Assembly: GCA_964636495.1 (NCBI GenBank)
Contig: CAZWSL010000013.1
Location: 10,537 to 74,536 of the forward strand
Direction: 5' to 3'
Origin: an uncultured Desulfobacula sp.
GTDB lineage: Bacteria; Desulfobacterota; Desulfobacteria; Desulfobacterales; Desulfobacteraceae
Length of the DNA: 64,000 bases
Both the position numbers and the translations under genes were made by a program. The notes beneath the pieces were generated by a model, which was not told the origin of the DNA, did not search any database, and was given only the letters and a program-made list of their open reading frames with translations. Below are positions 9,395-17,418 of this stretch, piece after piece. Within the stretch, counting starts at the first letter, position 1, and every line of letters begins with the position of its first letter.

Positions 9395-10501
9395 TCAAGA
9401 TTGATGATTTCCATCATATGATGCAGTGGTTCGTACAGGAGTGAATCCAGCTGTTGTTATCAGTCTCTTGAGAAATGTTTCCGTTCCAAAATCAGGAGTT
9501 GCAGCTCCTGCTGCATGTACAACTCTTTCATTATGATATGTGGCACCAATATCATCAACTCCAAACTTCTGCAGTACCTGTGCCATTTTGTCCCCTACAT
9601 ACATCCAGAGTGCTTTTATGTGTGGTATGTTGTGAAGAAAAATTCTTGCTGCAGAATAAATTCTGATATCATCAAATCCGGTAACAGATTTGTTTGTACT
9701 GATTTCTGTATTTTTACTGTGGAACAGCAACGGAACAAATGTTTTAAATCCATCTGTTTTATCCTGCAGATTTCTCAGTTTTTGAAAATGATCTGCAATA
9801 TCCTCGATTGATTCTCTATGGTTATAAAGCATTGTAGCATTGGTTTTAAGGCCGATATGATGAGCAGTCTCCATAATGTCGAGCCATGTGTCTCCTGATA
9901 TTTTTTTAGGGGCTATAATTTTCCGTACATCAGGAGCAAAAATTTCCGCGCCTCCTCCTGGAAGCGTATCTACACCGGCTTTGATAAGTCTTTTGAAGAC
10001 CTCCTCTACAGAGATACCATTTTTTTCGGCAAAATAGTGGTATTCAACAGCAGAAAACGCAACAATATTGATATCAGGTTTTATTTTTTTTACAGCCTTC
10101 AGCATATTCTCAAAATAAAGTAAATCCAGGTCTGGATGAAGACCTCCCACTATGTGAATTTCATCAATCCCGAAATCAACCGCTTTTTTGACCCTCTCTT
10201 TAATCTCGTCCAGGGAGAAAAGATAAGCATTTTCATCATTTTTATCACATGAAAAAGCGCATAATGGGCATCGCAGTTCACATATATTGGTGTAATTCAG
10301 ATTCATGTTCACACCATAAAATGTCTTATTCTGGTGATATTTTGTCCGTATAAAATCAGCAATGGTACCCAGTTCCAGGATATTATTGGTGCTGAGCATA
10401 TAAACTGCGTCATCAAAGCTTACCTTGTCGTTTGAATAAACTTTGCGTGCAATTTTGTTAAGACCTTTATCTGTAATATTATATGGAAATTGTGTCTTCA
10501 T
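9395..10501 (-). CDS. mqnE: Radical SAM enzyme of the MqnC/MqnE family, tentatively aminofutalosine synthase
   Basis: NYTNICELRCPLCAF (CX3CX2C), FVPLLFHSKNT and GVDDIGAT motifs. It is a paralog of the 7389-8453 gene, and the subfamily call is tentative. Confidence 0.6.
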   Translation of the reverse strand: MKTQFPYNITDKGLNKIARKVYSNDKVSFDDAVYMLSTNNILELGTIADFIRTKYHQNKTFYGVNMNLNYTNICELRCPLCAFSCDKNDENAYLFSLDEIKERVKKAVDFGIDEIHIVGGLHPDLDLLYFENMLKAVKKIKPDINIVAFSAVEYHYFAEKNGISVEEVFKRLIKAGVDTLPGGGAEIFAPDVRKIIAPKKISGDTWLDIMETAHHIGLKTNATMLYNHRESIEDIADHFQKLRNLQDKTDGFKTFVPLLFHSKNTEISTNKSVTGFDDIRIYSAARIFLHNIPHIKALWMYVGDKMAQVLQKFGVDDIGATYHNERVVHAAGAATPDFGTETFLKRLITTAGFTPVRTTASYDGNHQS

Positions 10502-10767
10502 TTTAATCGTTTTTATTAACTCCGATAATAATGCTTTCCTGATTTGCGGAAAGCCTCATTCTATTTTTCATGTTTTGCAGAAGCCCTTTGATCAACACTG
10601 CAGTTCTCTTATTTTCTGATCTTCTTCTGGAGTTTTTCACAGGTTTGTTTTTCAGCCATACCTGAATTCAAGATAGTTGATTGATGTTGTTCAGGGCAGA
10701 ATCAGGTATTCCAGTCAGTCCAGGAACAGCCGTGCTGCCCTGCAGTGTGACAGAATAAAAAAAGTGG

Positions 10768-11313
10768 TCAGGAAGCAAAGGGTTTGCCCATTTCCATGCC
10801 TATATTTAACGCCTTTTTATTCATATCCATAAAATCTTCCGGTATGGTTGTTTCAAGAACATTGAGTATAGACTCAGGTCCTATCAGCCTGGAAATACCT
10901 ATCAGAGTGCCCAGCATGCAGATGTTGAATACAATGGGTTTGCCTATCTCTTTTATAACGGTATCATACATTGGCAGGGCAATATGTTTTGCATCTACTT
11001 TCTTCTGAATGGCAACATATTTACTGTCCACCAGGAGCAGGCCGCCTGGTCTTATGATGGTTGAAAATTTGTTATAACTCTCCTGGGTGAGGCTTACCAG
11101 GATATTGGGCTGGATAACCTTGGGAAAGTTTATTTCAGAATCAGAAATAATGATATCAGTCCTGGTAGCACCGCCCCGTGCTGCAGCACCATAACTTTGA
11201 GACTGGATGGCTTTTTTATTTTCAAAAAGTGCTGCGGCTTTTGCAAGGATAATAGCGGCTGTTATAACACCTTGACCTCCTGAACCTGAAAAAACTATTC
11301 TTGAACGCTCCAT
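10768..11313 (-). CDS. 2-oxoacid:ferredoxin oxidoreductase, gamma subunit
   Basis: FSGSGGQGVITAAIILAKAA is the typical gamma-subunit N-terminus. It is the last gene of a delta-alpha-beta-gamma operon. Confidence 0.85.
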   Translation of the reverse strand: MERSRIVFSGSGGQGVITAAIILAKAAALFENKKAIQSQSYGAAARGGATRTDIIISDSEINFPKVIQPNILVSLTQESYNKFSTIIRPGGLLLVDSKYVAIQKKVDAKHIALPMYDTVIKEIGKPIVFNICMLGTLIGISRLIGPESILNVLETTIPEDFMDMNKKALNIGMEMGKPFAS

Positions 11314-12137
11314 TATGCTCTTCCTTTCATTGCAGTCTCAATGATTTTATCATATGCCTCGCAATATTCAGGGATATCTTTATTTTCAACAAAAATTCCT
11401 CTCTGAATTAAATCACTGTTTTCCCTCGCTTTTTTTGATGCTAATTTTGCAGTATTGTGTTTATAGCTTTCTATCATCTGTACTGCATCCCCCTCTTTGT
11501 TCTTTCTCCCATAATATGTAGGGCACTGTGTCAGGATTTCCACAACAGAAAAACCTTTATGGCTGATTCCTTTTTTGATTAAATTTTTACACTCATTAAC
11601 ATGGTAGACAGTTGATCTTGCAACAAAGGTTGCCCCTGCACTTTTTGCAAGTTCAACCACATCAAATTCTCTGTCAATGGTAGAGTAGGGAGCTGTTGTT
11701 GCTTTCTTACCACTGCCGGAGAGCGGAGAGAACTGTCCTCCGGTCATTCCGTAAATCTTATTGTTCATGACAATAGCCGTAATATCGATATTCCGTCTGG
11801 CTGCATGTATGAAGTGATTGCCGCCAATGGCAAGGGCATCTCCGTCACCCATCGGGACAATTGCTTTTAAATCAGGTTTTGACAGTTTAACACCCGTTGC
11901 AAAAGAGAGTGCCCTTCCATGGATAGAGTGAAGAGAGTGGAAATCAACATAACCGGAAATCCGTGAAGAACACCCTATGCCTGAAGTTATTACAATCTCA
12001 TTTTTATCAAGGCCCAGTTCATGAACTGCCCTGAGAAGGGAACCCAGTATTATTCCGTGACCACAGCCGGGGCACCAGATATGGGGGAAAAAACGCTGCC
12101 TTATATAGTGTTTAAAATCAAATTTGTTTTTTGGCAT
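11313..12137 (-). CDS. 2-oxoacid:ferredoxin oxidoreductase, beta (TPP-binding) subunit
   Basis: WCPGCGHG motif and GDGDALAIGGNH TPP-binding motif. Confidence 0.9.
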   Translation of the reverse strand: MPKNKFDFKHYIRQRFFPHIWCPGCGHGIILGSLLRAVHELGLDKNEIVITSGIGCSSRISGYVDFHSLHSIHGRALSFATGVKLSKPDLKAIVPMGDGDALAIGGNHFIHAARRNIDITAIVMNNKIYGMTGGQFSPLSGSGKKATTAPYSTIDREFDVVELAKSAGATFVARSTVYHVNECKNLIKKGISHKGFSVVEILTQCPTYYGRKNKEGDAVQMIESYKHNTAKLASKKARENSDLIQRGIFVENKDIPEYCEAYDKIIETAMKGRA

Positions 12138-12141
12138 TCTC

Positions 12142-13290
12142 CTATACCCCCTTTCCCTGAATCATTCTTAAAATTGACTTAATATCAGTGGGTGAGATCA
12201 ACTCCCCTGTGATTTTGTTTGCAAGGAACACACTGTTGGGATTATCTACCGCATTTCTTACCTGGGTGACCACCTGACCCATATTCATTTCCACCACGAT
12301 TATTGATTTTGCACCTGCACATTTTTCTCTTATCATATCTGAAGGAAAAGGCCACAGGGTCTGGAGTTCAAGCACGCCTATCTTTACACCACGTGCTCTT
12401 CGGTTTTTTGCAAGGTGAATGGCAGACCTGGCTGAAGACCCATAGGATATCAAGATATAATCTGCATCTTCCAGCCAGTACTCCTTGTACATATTAATCT
12501 CATTAACATTGTTTTCTATTTTATCTACAAGGTGGCGCAAAAGCTCCCCGACAACCTTTGGATTATTGTTGGGAAAACCCCACATGTCATGGAAAAGACC
12601 TGTAACATTGTACCTGTGTTCACCACCAAAATCAGACATGGGAAGTCTTCCATCCTCTCTTGGAAGATAGGGGTGATAGTCAACTCCGCCTTTTACAGAA
12701 GTTCTCAACCGTTCCACCACTGGTATTTCCCCCGGCTTTGGAATAACAATTTTTTCACGCATATGTCCGATTACTTCATCCATAAGGATAACTACAGGGG
12801 TTCGATATGTTTCTGCCATGTTAAACGCATCAACCGTTATCTTGAACACATCCTGATGATTGGATGCAGTCAGGGTAATAATGGCATGATCACCATGGGT
12901 ACCCCATCTTGCCTGGTTCACATCTCCCTGGCTTACATGGGTAGGATTTCCAGTTGAAGGGCCTCCTCTCTGTACATTGGCTATTACACACGGGATTTCT
13001 GCCATACATGCATAGCCAAGGGCTTCCTGCTTGAGAGAAAAACCAGGCCCGGAAGTTGCCGTCATCACTTTTTTACCAGTCAGTGAAGCACCGATGATTG
13101 CACCCATGGATGCAATCTCATCTTCCATCTGAATAAATTTTCCACCTGTCATGGGCAATCTTTCAGAAAGATGTTCAAGTATCTCAGTGGAAGGTGTAAT
13201 GGGATATCCTGCAAAAAAATCTACCCCGGCATATACAGCACCCTCTACGCAGGCTTCATTTCCCTGGATAAATCTTACATTAGTCTCCAT
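12142..13290 (-). CDS. 2-oxoacid:ferredoxin oxidoreductase, alpha subunit
   Basis: FIQGNEACVEGAVYAGVDFFAGYPITPSTEI is the typical alpha N-terminus. The start is set at the ATG at 13290, preceded by GGAGGAAAAG. Confidence 0.9.
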   Translation of the reverse strand: METNVRFIQGNEACVEGAVYAGVDFFAGYPITPSTEILEHLSERLPMTGGKFIQMEDEIASMGAIIGASLTGKKVMTATSGPGFSLKQEALGYACMAEIPCVIANVQRGGPSTGNPTHVSQGDVNQARWGTHGDHAIITLTASNHQDVFKITVDAFNMAETYRTPVVILMDEVIGHMREKIVIPKPGEIPVVERLRTSVKGGVDYHPYLPREDGRLPMSDFGGEHRYNVTGLFHDMWGFPNNNPKVVGELLRHLVDKIENNVNEINMYKEYWLEDADYILISYGSSARSAIHLAKNRRARGVKIGVLELQTLWPFPSDMIREKCAGAKSIIVVEMNMGQVVTQVRNAVDNPNSVFLANKITGELISPTDIKSILRMIQGKGV

Positions 13291-13504
13291 CTTTTCCTCC
13301 ATGGTTTTCTATAATCTGTATTGCCAGATCAGGACATCTTAATTCACAGAGCTTACACGCTATACAATCATCTGGCCGTACAGCTTCCGCCTTTCCGATT
13401 CTGTCAAATTCAAGCACCTTTTTGGGGCAGAAATGGATACATATGCCACAACCCTTGCACCACTCTTTATCAATCAGATGTCTGATTGTTTTTTCTTTTA
13501 TCAT
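13280..13504 (-). CDS. 2-oxoacid:ferredoxin oxidoreductase, delta subunit (2x[4Fe-4S] ferredoxin)
   Basis: Two CxxCxxCxxxCP motifs (CKGCGICIHFCP, CIACKLCELRCP). The start is set at MIKEK (13504). The delta-alpha-beta-gamma order resembles Kor-type 2-oxoglutarate enzymes, but substrate specificity cannot be read from the sequence. Confidence 0.85.
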   Translation of the reverse strand: MIKEKTIRHLIDKEWCKGCGICIHFCPKKVLEFDRIGKAEAVRPDDCIACKLCELRCPDLAIQIIENHGGKDGD

Positions 13505-13674
13505 AACGTCTCCGCTATCTTGGAATGATAGATAATAAATATTCTCCATTAAATTGTGCTGTAATTAAACAATTTAGATAAACATGTCAAGAATATTGGG
13601 CATATATGTCGAAAATAATTGAAAATATTCAAACATGATTGCACCTGGACATATAAGGTGTTATAGAGTGAAAT

Positions 13675-14505
13675 ATGAGTCATAAAACTGAAAAACTGGT
13701 AAGTGTTATTCTGCCTACCTATAATCGTGCATGGACATTGAAAACAGCTGTTGATTCTGTTTTTGATCAAGATTATTCCAATATTGAACTCCTTGTAGTA
13801 GACGATGGTTCAGGTGATAATACCCGGGAATTGCTGAAAAGTTATCATGACAGGTTAACGGTATTATATCAGAAAAATAGAGGAGTAAGTGCTGCAAGAA
13901 ATCTTGGAATAAAAAAAAGTAAAGGAGAGTTTATAGCGCTTCTGGACTCTGATGATGCCTGGGATAAGAGAAAAATTTCCTGCCAGATGGCATTTTTCAA
14001 GGCAAATCCTGAAGCATTAATCTGCCAGACCCAGGAAATCTGGGTAAGGAATAATAAGAGGGTAAACCCCAGAATCAAGCATAAAAAGCCATCTGGATAC
14101 ATTTTTGAACACTCTTTGAACCTTTGTCTTGTAAGTCCTTCAGCAGTTATGATGAAAAGAGAACTGTTTGACCAGACAGGATATTTTGATGAAGCGTTCA
14201 CCGTGTGTGAAGATTATGATTTATGGCTCAGAGTCAGTGCAGATATTCCTGTTTTTCTGATTGACAAACCATATACTATAAAAAACGGGGGACATGCTGA
14301 TCAACTTTCAAGTCTGCACTCCCAGGATAAATTCAGGGTAAAATCATTAATAAAACTGCTCAAGAGCGGTAACCTGAACCGGGATCAGATTATAAAGGTT
14401 AAAAAGGTGTTAAAAAAGAAATCTGTTATTTATGGTAACGGGTGTATAAAAAGAGACAGGAAAGAGGAGGGCGAATACTATCTGAACCTTGCACTGGATC
14501 TATAA
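13675..14505 (+). CDS. Family 2 glycosyltransferase
   Basis: SVILPTYNR...VVDDGSGDNT...LDSDD are GT-A/GT2 motifs. Confidence 0.85.
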   Translation: MSHKTEKLVSVILPTYNRAWTLKTAVDSVFDQDYSNIELLVVDDGSGDNTRELLKSYHDRLTVLYQKNRGVSAARNLGIKKSKGEFIALLDSDDAWDKRKISCQMAFFKANPEALICQTQEIWVRNNKRVNPRIKHKKPSGYIFEHSLNLCLVSPSAVMMKRELFDQTGYFDEAFTVCEDYDLWLRVSADIPVFLIDKPYTIKNGGHADQLSSLHSQDKFRVKSLIKLLKSGNLNRDQIIKVKKVLKKKSVIYGNGCIKRDRKEEGEYYLNLALDL

Positions 14506-14778
14506 CACTGCATGAGATGAATAAGTCAGTCCCCGCTTTTTCCTTCTGCAATATTCAGGAAAAAATCATAAAACCTTTTCTGGTATAGTGGGTTTTTAAA
14601 TTGTGATTTTCTATAAGGTACAGTTATTTTACCGCAATATTGACAAAACCTGACAGATATGAGATTTGAGATATGGGATTTTAATCAATAAAGATAAAAC
14701 AGACTGTAATGAGCAGGGTGTATCATTGAAAAACAGCTGTTCAACTATTTAATTTAAATAATCAGGGAAAATGAGTTT

Positions 14779-15522
14779 ATGACAGATAATAATCAGTTTG
14801 ATATCTCCAGTGCGGACAGGTCGCTGAAGTCGAAAATGCTTGTTGATATGTTCAAAAGAGTTGTAGTCCATTACGGGCTGTGGTTCACTGAAATCAGGCA
14901 TCAGATGGGCATGGACAAAGCATTGGAAGTGCTTGAGAAAGCAACAGATAAAAGCCTTGCAATCGGGATGCAGAAAATTGCAGCTTCCTTGAATGTTGAG
15001 TTGGAAAACAATATCCCTAAAGCATTGATTGAAATGGAAGAAGAAAAACTTGATAACCTTATGGAAGCTGTGGCAAAAAGCTGGCTCGTCAATGATGGTG
15101 TGTGGTTCCAGTCTGTTGAATTTGACAATGGAATGAACGATGCCAAAAGATGCAATGATTCATGCTGGGCCCAATTTTCTCCCTATGAAGCGTTTGCCAT
15201 TAAAAATCTTTTAAAATTAGATGACAACTGCGGCCTTGAAGGGTTGAAAAAAGCGTTAAACTTCAGGATGTATTCAATGATTAATAAACAGTCCATTACT
15301 GAAGAGACAGAAAACAGCTTTGTCTTTCAAATGAATGACTGCAGAGTACAGTCTGCAAGAAAGAGAAAAAACCTGGATGACTATCCCTGTAAATCAGCAG
15401 GATTAGTTGAATATGAGTATTTTGCAAGATCCATTGACAAAAGAATTAAAACTCAATGTATTGGATGTCCGCCGGATGACCATCCTGAGGAGTGGTTCTG
15501 CGCATGGAAATTTGAAATTTAG
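14779..15522 (+). CDS. Uncharacterised cytosolic protein with a conserved Cys / PPD-x-HP C-terminal motif (paralog of 55489-55995)
   Basis: No TM segment or signal peptide. The C-terminal half aligns by eye with the ORF at 55489-55995, including ...C-x3-Q...YxCK...C-x2-PPDxHPxxxFCxWxF at the C-terminus. Confidence 0.6.
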   Translation: MTDNNQFDISSADRSLKSKMLVDMFKRVVVHYGLWFTEIRHQMGMDKALEVLEKATDKSLAIGMQKIAASLNVELENNIPKALIEMEEEKLDNLMEAVAKSWLVNDGVWFQSVEFDNGMNDAKRCNDSCWAQFSPYEAFAIKNLLKLDDNCGLEGLKKALNFRMYSMINKQSITEETENSFVFQMNDCRVQSARKRKNLDDYPCKSAGLVEYEYFARSIDKRIKTQCIGCPPDDHPEEWFCAWKFEI

Positions 15523-15596
15523 CATGTTTTGAGCTGCAACAGATATAGGTATGAATAAAATAACCAAAATAAAGAAATATAAGAAAGGTTGTAAAT

Positions 15597-17150
15597 ATGG
15601 GAGCTACATCAGATAATATTCAGGAATTTTTGGAAAAGGAGAAACAGATCAAGGGCATGGGCGGTGAGAAAGCCCTTGCAAAAAGAAGAGAGCAGGGCAA
15701 GCTCAATGCCAGGGAAAGGCTTGATATTCTGTTTGACAAAGGCACATTTCGAGAGCTGGATATGTTTGTTACACACAGGTGCAGTAACTTTGGCATGGAA
15801 AATATCGAGATTCCGGCAGACGGAGTTGTGACAGGCCACGGCAGAGTTGATGGCCGGGTTGTTTTTGCATATGCACAGGATTTTACTGCAAGGGCGGGCT
15901 CCCTTGGAGAGATGCAGGCAAAAAAAATCTGTAAGATAATGGATATGGCCTTAAAATCAGGAGCTCCCATTATTGGCATGAATGATTCAGGTGGAGCGCG
16001 GATACAGGAAGGTATTGATGCTCTTTCAGGATATGGTGAAATCTTTTTTAGAAATTCAGCAGCATCTGGTGTTATTCCGCAGATCTCAGCAATTATGGGT
16101 CCAACAGCAGGCGGCGCTGTTTACTCTCCTGCCATGACTGATTTTGTTTTCATGGTTAAAGAAAAAAGTTATATGTTTATTACAGGGCCAAACGTCATCA
16201 AAGCGGTTACCGGTGAAGAAATCACCTTTGAAGACCTTGGCGGAGCCATGGTACATAACGAGAAGTCAGGAGTTGCACAGTTTGCATGTGACTCTGATGA
16301 AGATGCAATATTACAGATTAAAAAACTGCTCTCCTATGTTCCATCCAACAACATGGAAGATCCGCCATTTATACCTCCTGAAGATGATCCAGGCCGGGTT
16401 GATGAATCATTGAATTCTATTATACCGGACAATCCAAACAGGGCTTATGATATGAAAACCGTTATTAAATCCATTGTGGACGACGGTACTTTTTTTGAGC
16501 CCCATGAATATTTTGCAAAAAATATTGTGATCTGCTTTGCAAGGCTGAACGGCCGGTCAATAGGAATCATTGCAAATCAGCCCAATTTCCTTGCAGGATG
16601 TCTTGATATTGATGCATCTGACAAAGCGACAAGATTCATCAGATTCTGTGATGCTTTTAATATTCCGATGCTTACCATTGCTGATGTCCCAGGCTACCTG
16701 CCGGGAAGTAATCAGGAGTGGGGAGGCATTATCCGTCACGGAGCAAAACTTTTATGGTGTTATTCAGAGGCAACCGTACCTAAACTCCTGCTTGTGACAA
16801 GAAAGAATTATGGCGGTTCATATCTTGCCATGTGTTCAAAACACCTTGGTGCAGATATGGCCTTTGCATGGCCAAGTGCTGAAATTGCAGTAATGGGTGC
16901 AGCCGGTGCTGCTAATATTATTCATGCCAGGGAGATAAATAATTCAGAAGATCCTGCACAAAAACGAAAAGAGAAAATAGATGAGTATAATGAAAAATTT
17001 TCCAACCCGTACTGTGCAGCTGCAAGGGGATATGTGGATGCTGTCATTGTACCGTCCGAGACAAGGCCGAGGCTTATTGACGCCCTTGAGGCAATTTCAA
17101 CAAAAAGAGAGTTAAGACCTGCTAAAAAACATGGGAATATACCGGTATAA
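15597..17150 (+). CDS. Methylmalonyl-CoA carboxyltransferase (12S subunit) / propionyl-CoA carboxylase beta-type
   Basis: Carboxyl_trans family: KLNARERLDILFDKGTFRE, GMNDSGGARIQEG, IMGPTAGGAVYSPA and RKNYGGSYLAM. Confidence 0.9.
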   Translation: MGATSDNIQEFLEKEKQIKGMGGEKALAKRREQGKLNARERLDILFDKGTFRELDMFVTHRCSNFGMENIEIPADGVVTGHGRVDGRVVFAYAQDFTARAGSLGEMQAKKICKIMDMALKSGAPIIGMNDSGGARIQEGIDALSGYGEIFFRNSAASGVIPQISAIMGPTAGGAVYSPAMTDFVFMVKEKSYMFITGPNVIKAVTGEEITFEDLGGAMVHNEKSGVAQFACDSDEDAILQIKKLLSYVPSNNMEDPPFIPPEDDPGRVDESLNSIIPDNPNRAYDMKTVIKSIVDDGTFFEPHEYFAKNIVICFARLNGRSIGIIANQPNFLAGCLDIDASDKATRFIRFCDAFNIPMLTIADVPGYLPGSNQEWGGIIRHGAKLLWCYSEATVPKLLLVTRKNYGGSYLAMCSKHLGADMAFAWPSAEIAVMGAAGAANIIHAREINNSEDPAQKRKEKIDEYNEKFSNPYCAAARGYVDAVIVPSETRPRLIDALEAISTKRELRPAKKHGNIPV

Positions 17151-17160
17151 AGGAAGAAAA

Positions 17161-17382
17161 ATGGATAAAAAAAAACTTTCGGCAGCAATGTCTGCAGTAT
17201 TTGCTTATATCAAAACATCTGAAGAGGCTGCAGCTTTTAACGCTGCTCAATCTTTGGAGCCTGTGGAAGAAGTTGAATCTCATATGCATAGAATCATGCA
17301 GCCAGGTAATATATGGGGGATTTCAGGACGTCAGGCGCATATGCAGAGCAATACAATGATGCAGATGAGAGTGTTTAAATAA
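17161..17382 (+). CDS. Small hypothetical protein encoded between the carboxyltransferase and the 5S/BCCP gene
   Basis: 73-aa ORF (MDKKKLSAAMSAVFAYIK...) with an AGGAAG-like RBS, lying tightly between two transcarboxylase genes. It has no TM segment, so it is not an OadG-type membrane anchor. Confidence 0.5.
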   Translation: MDKKKLSAAMSAVFAYIKTSEEAAAFNAAQSLEPVEEVESHMHRIMQPGNIWGISGRQAHMQSNTMMQMRVFK

Positions 17383-17418
17383 AAAGCTGTTAATAATAAA
17401 ATAATCAGGAGAAAATCA

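Noticed and set aside
10502-10767. Short ORFs (16 and 22 codons) and an 8-bp stem with a long loop between mqnE and the oxidoreductase operon
   Set aside because: The ORFs lack RBSs and are too short to evaluate. The stem has a loop of about 34 nt and no U-run. Nothing here can be supported.
13549-13770. 73-aa minus-strand ORF upstream of the oxidoreductase delta subunit
   Set aside because: It overlaps the start of the GT2 gene on the other strand and lies in the divergent promoter region. It has no motifs and no RBS.
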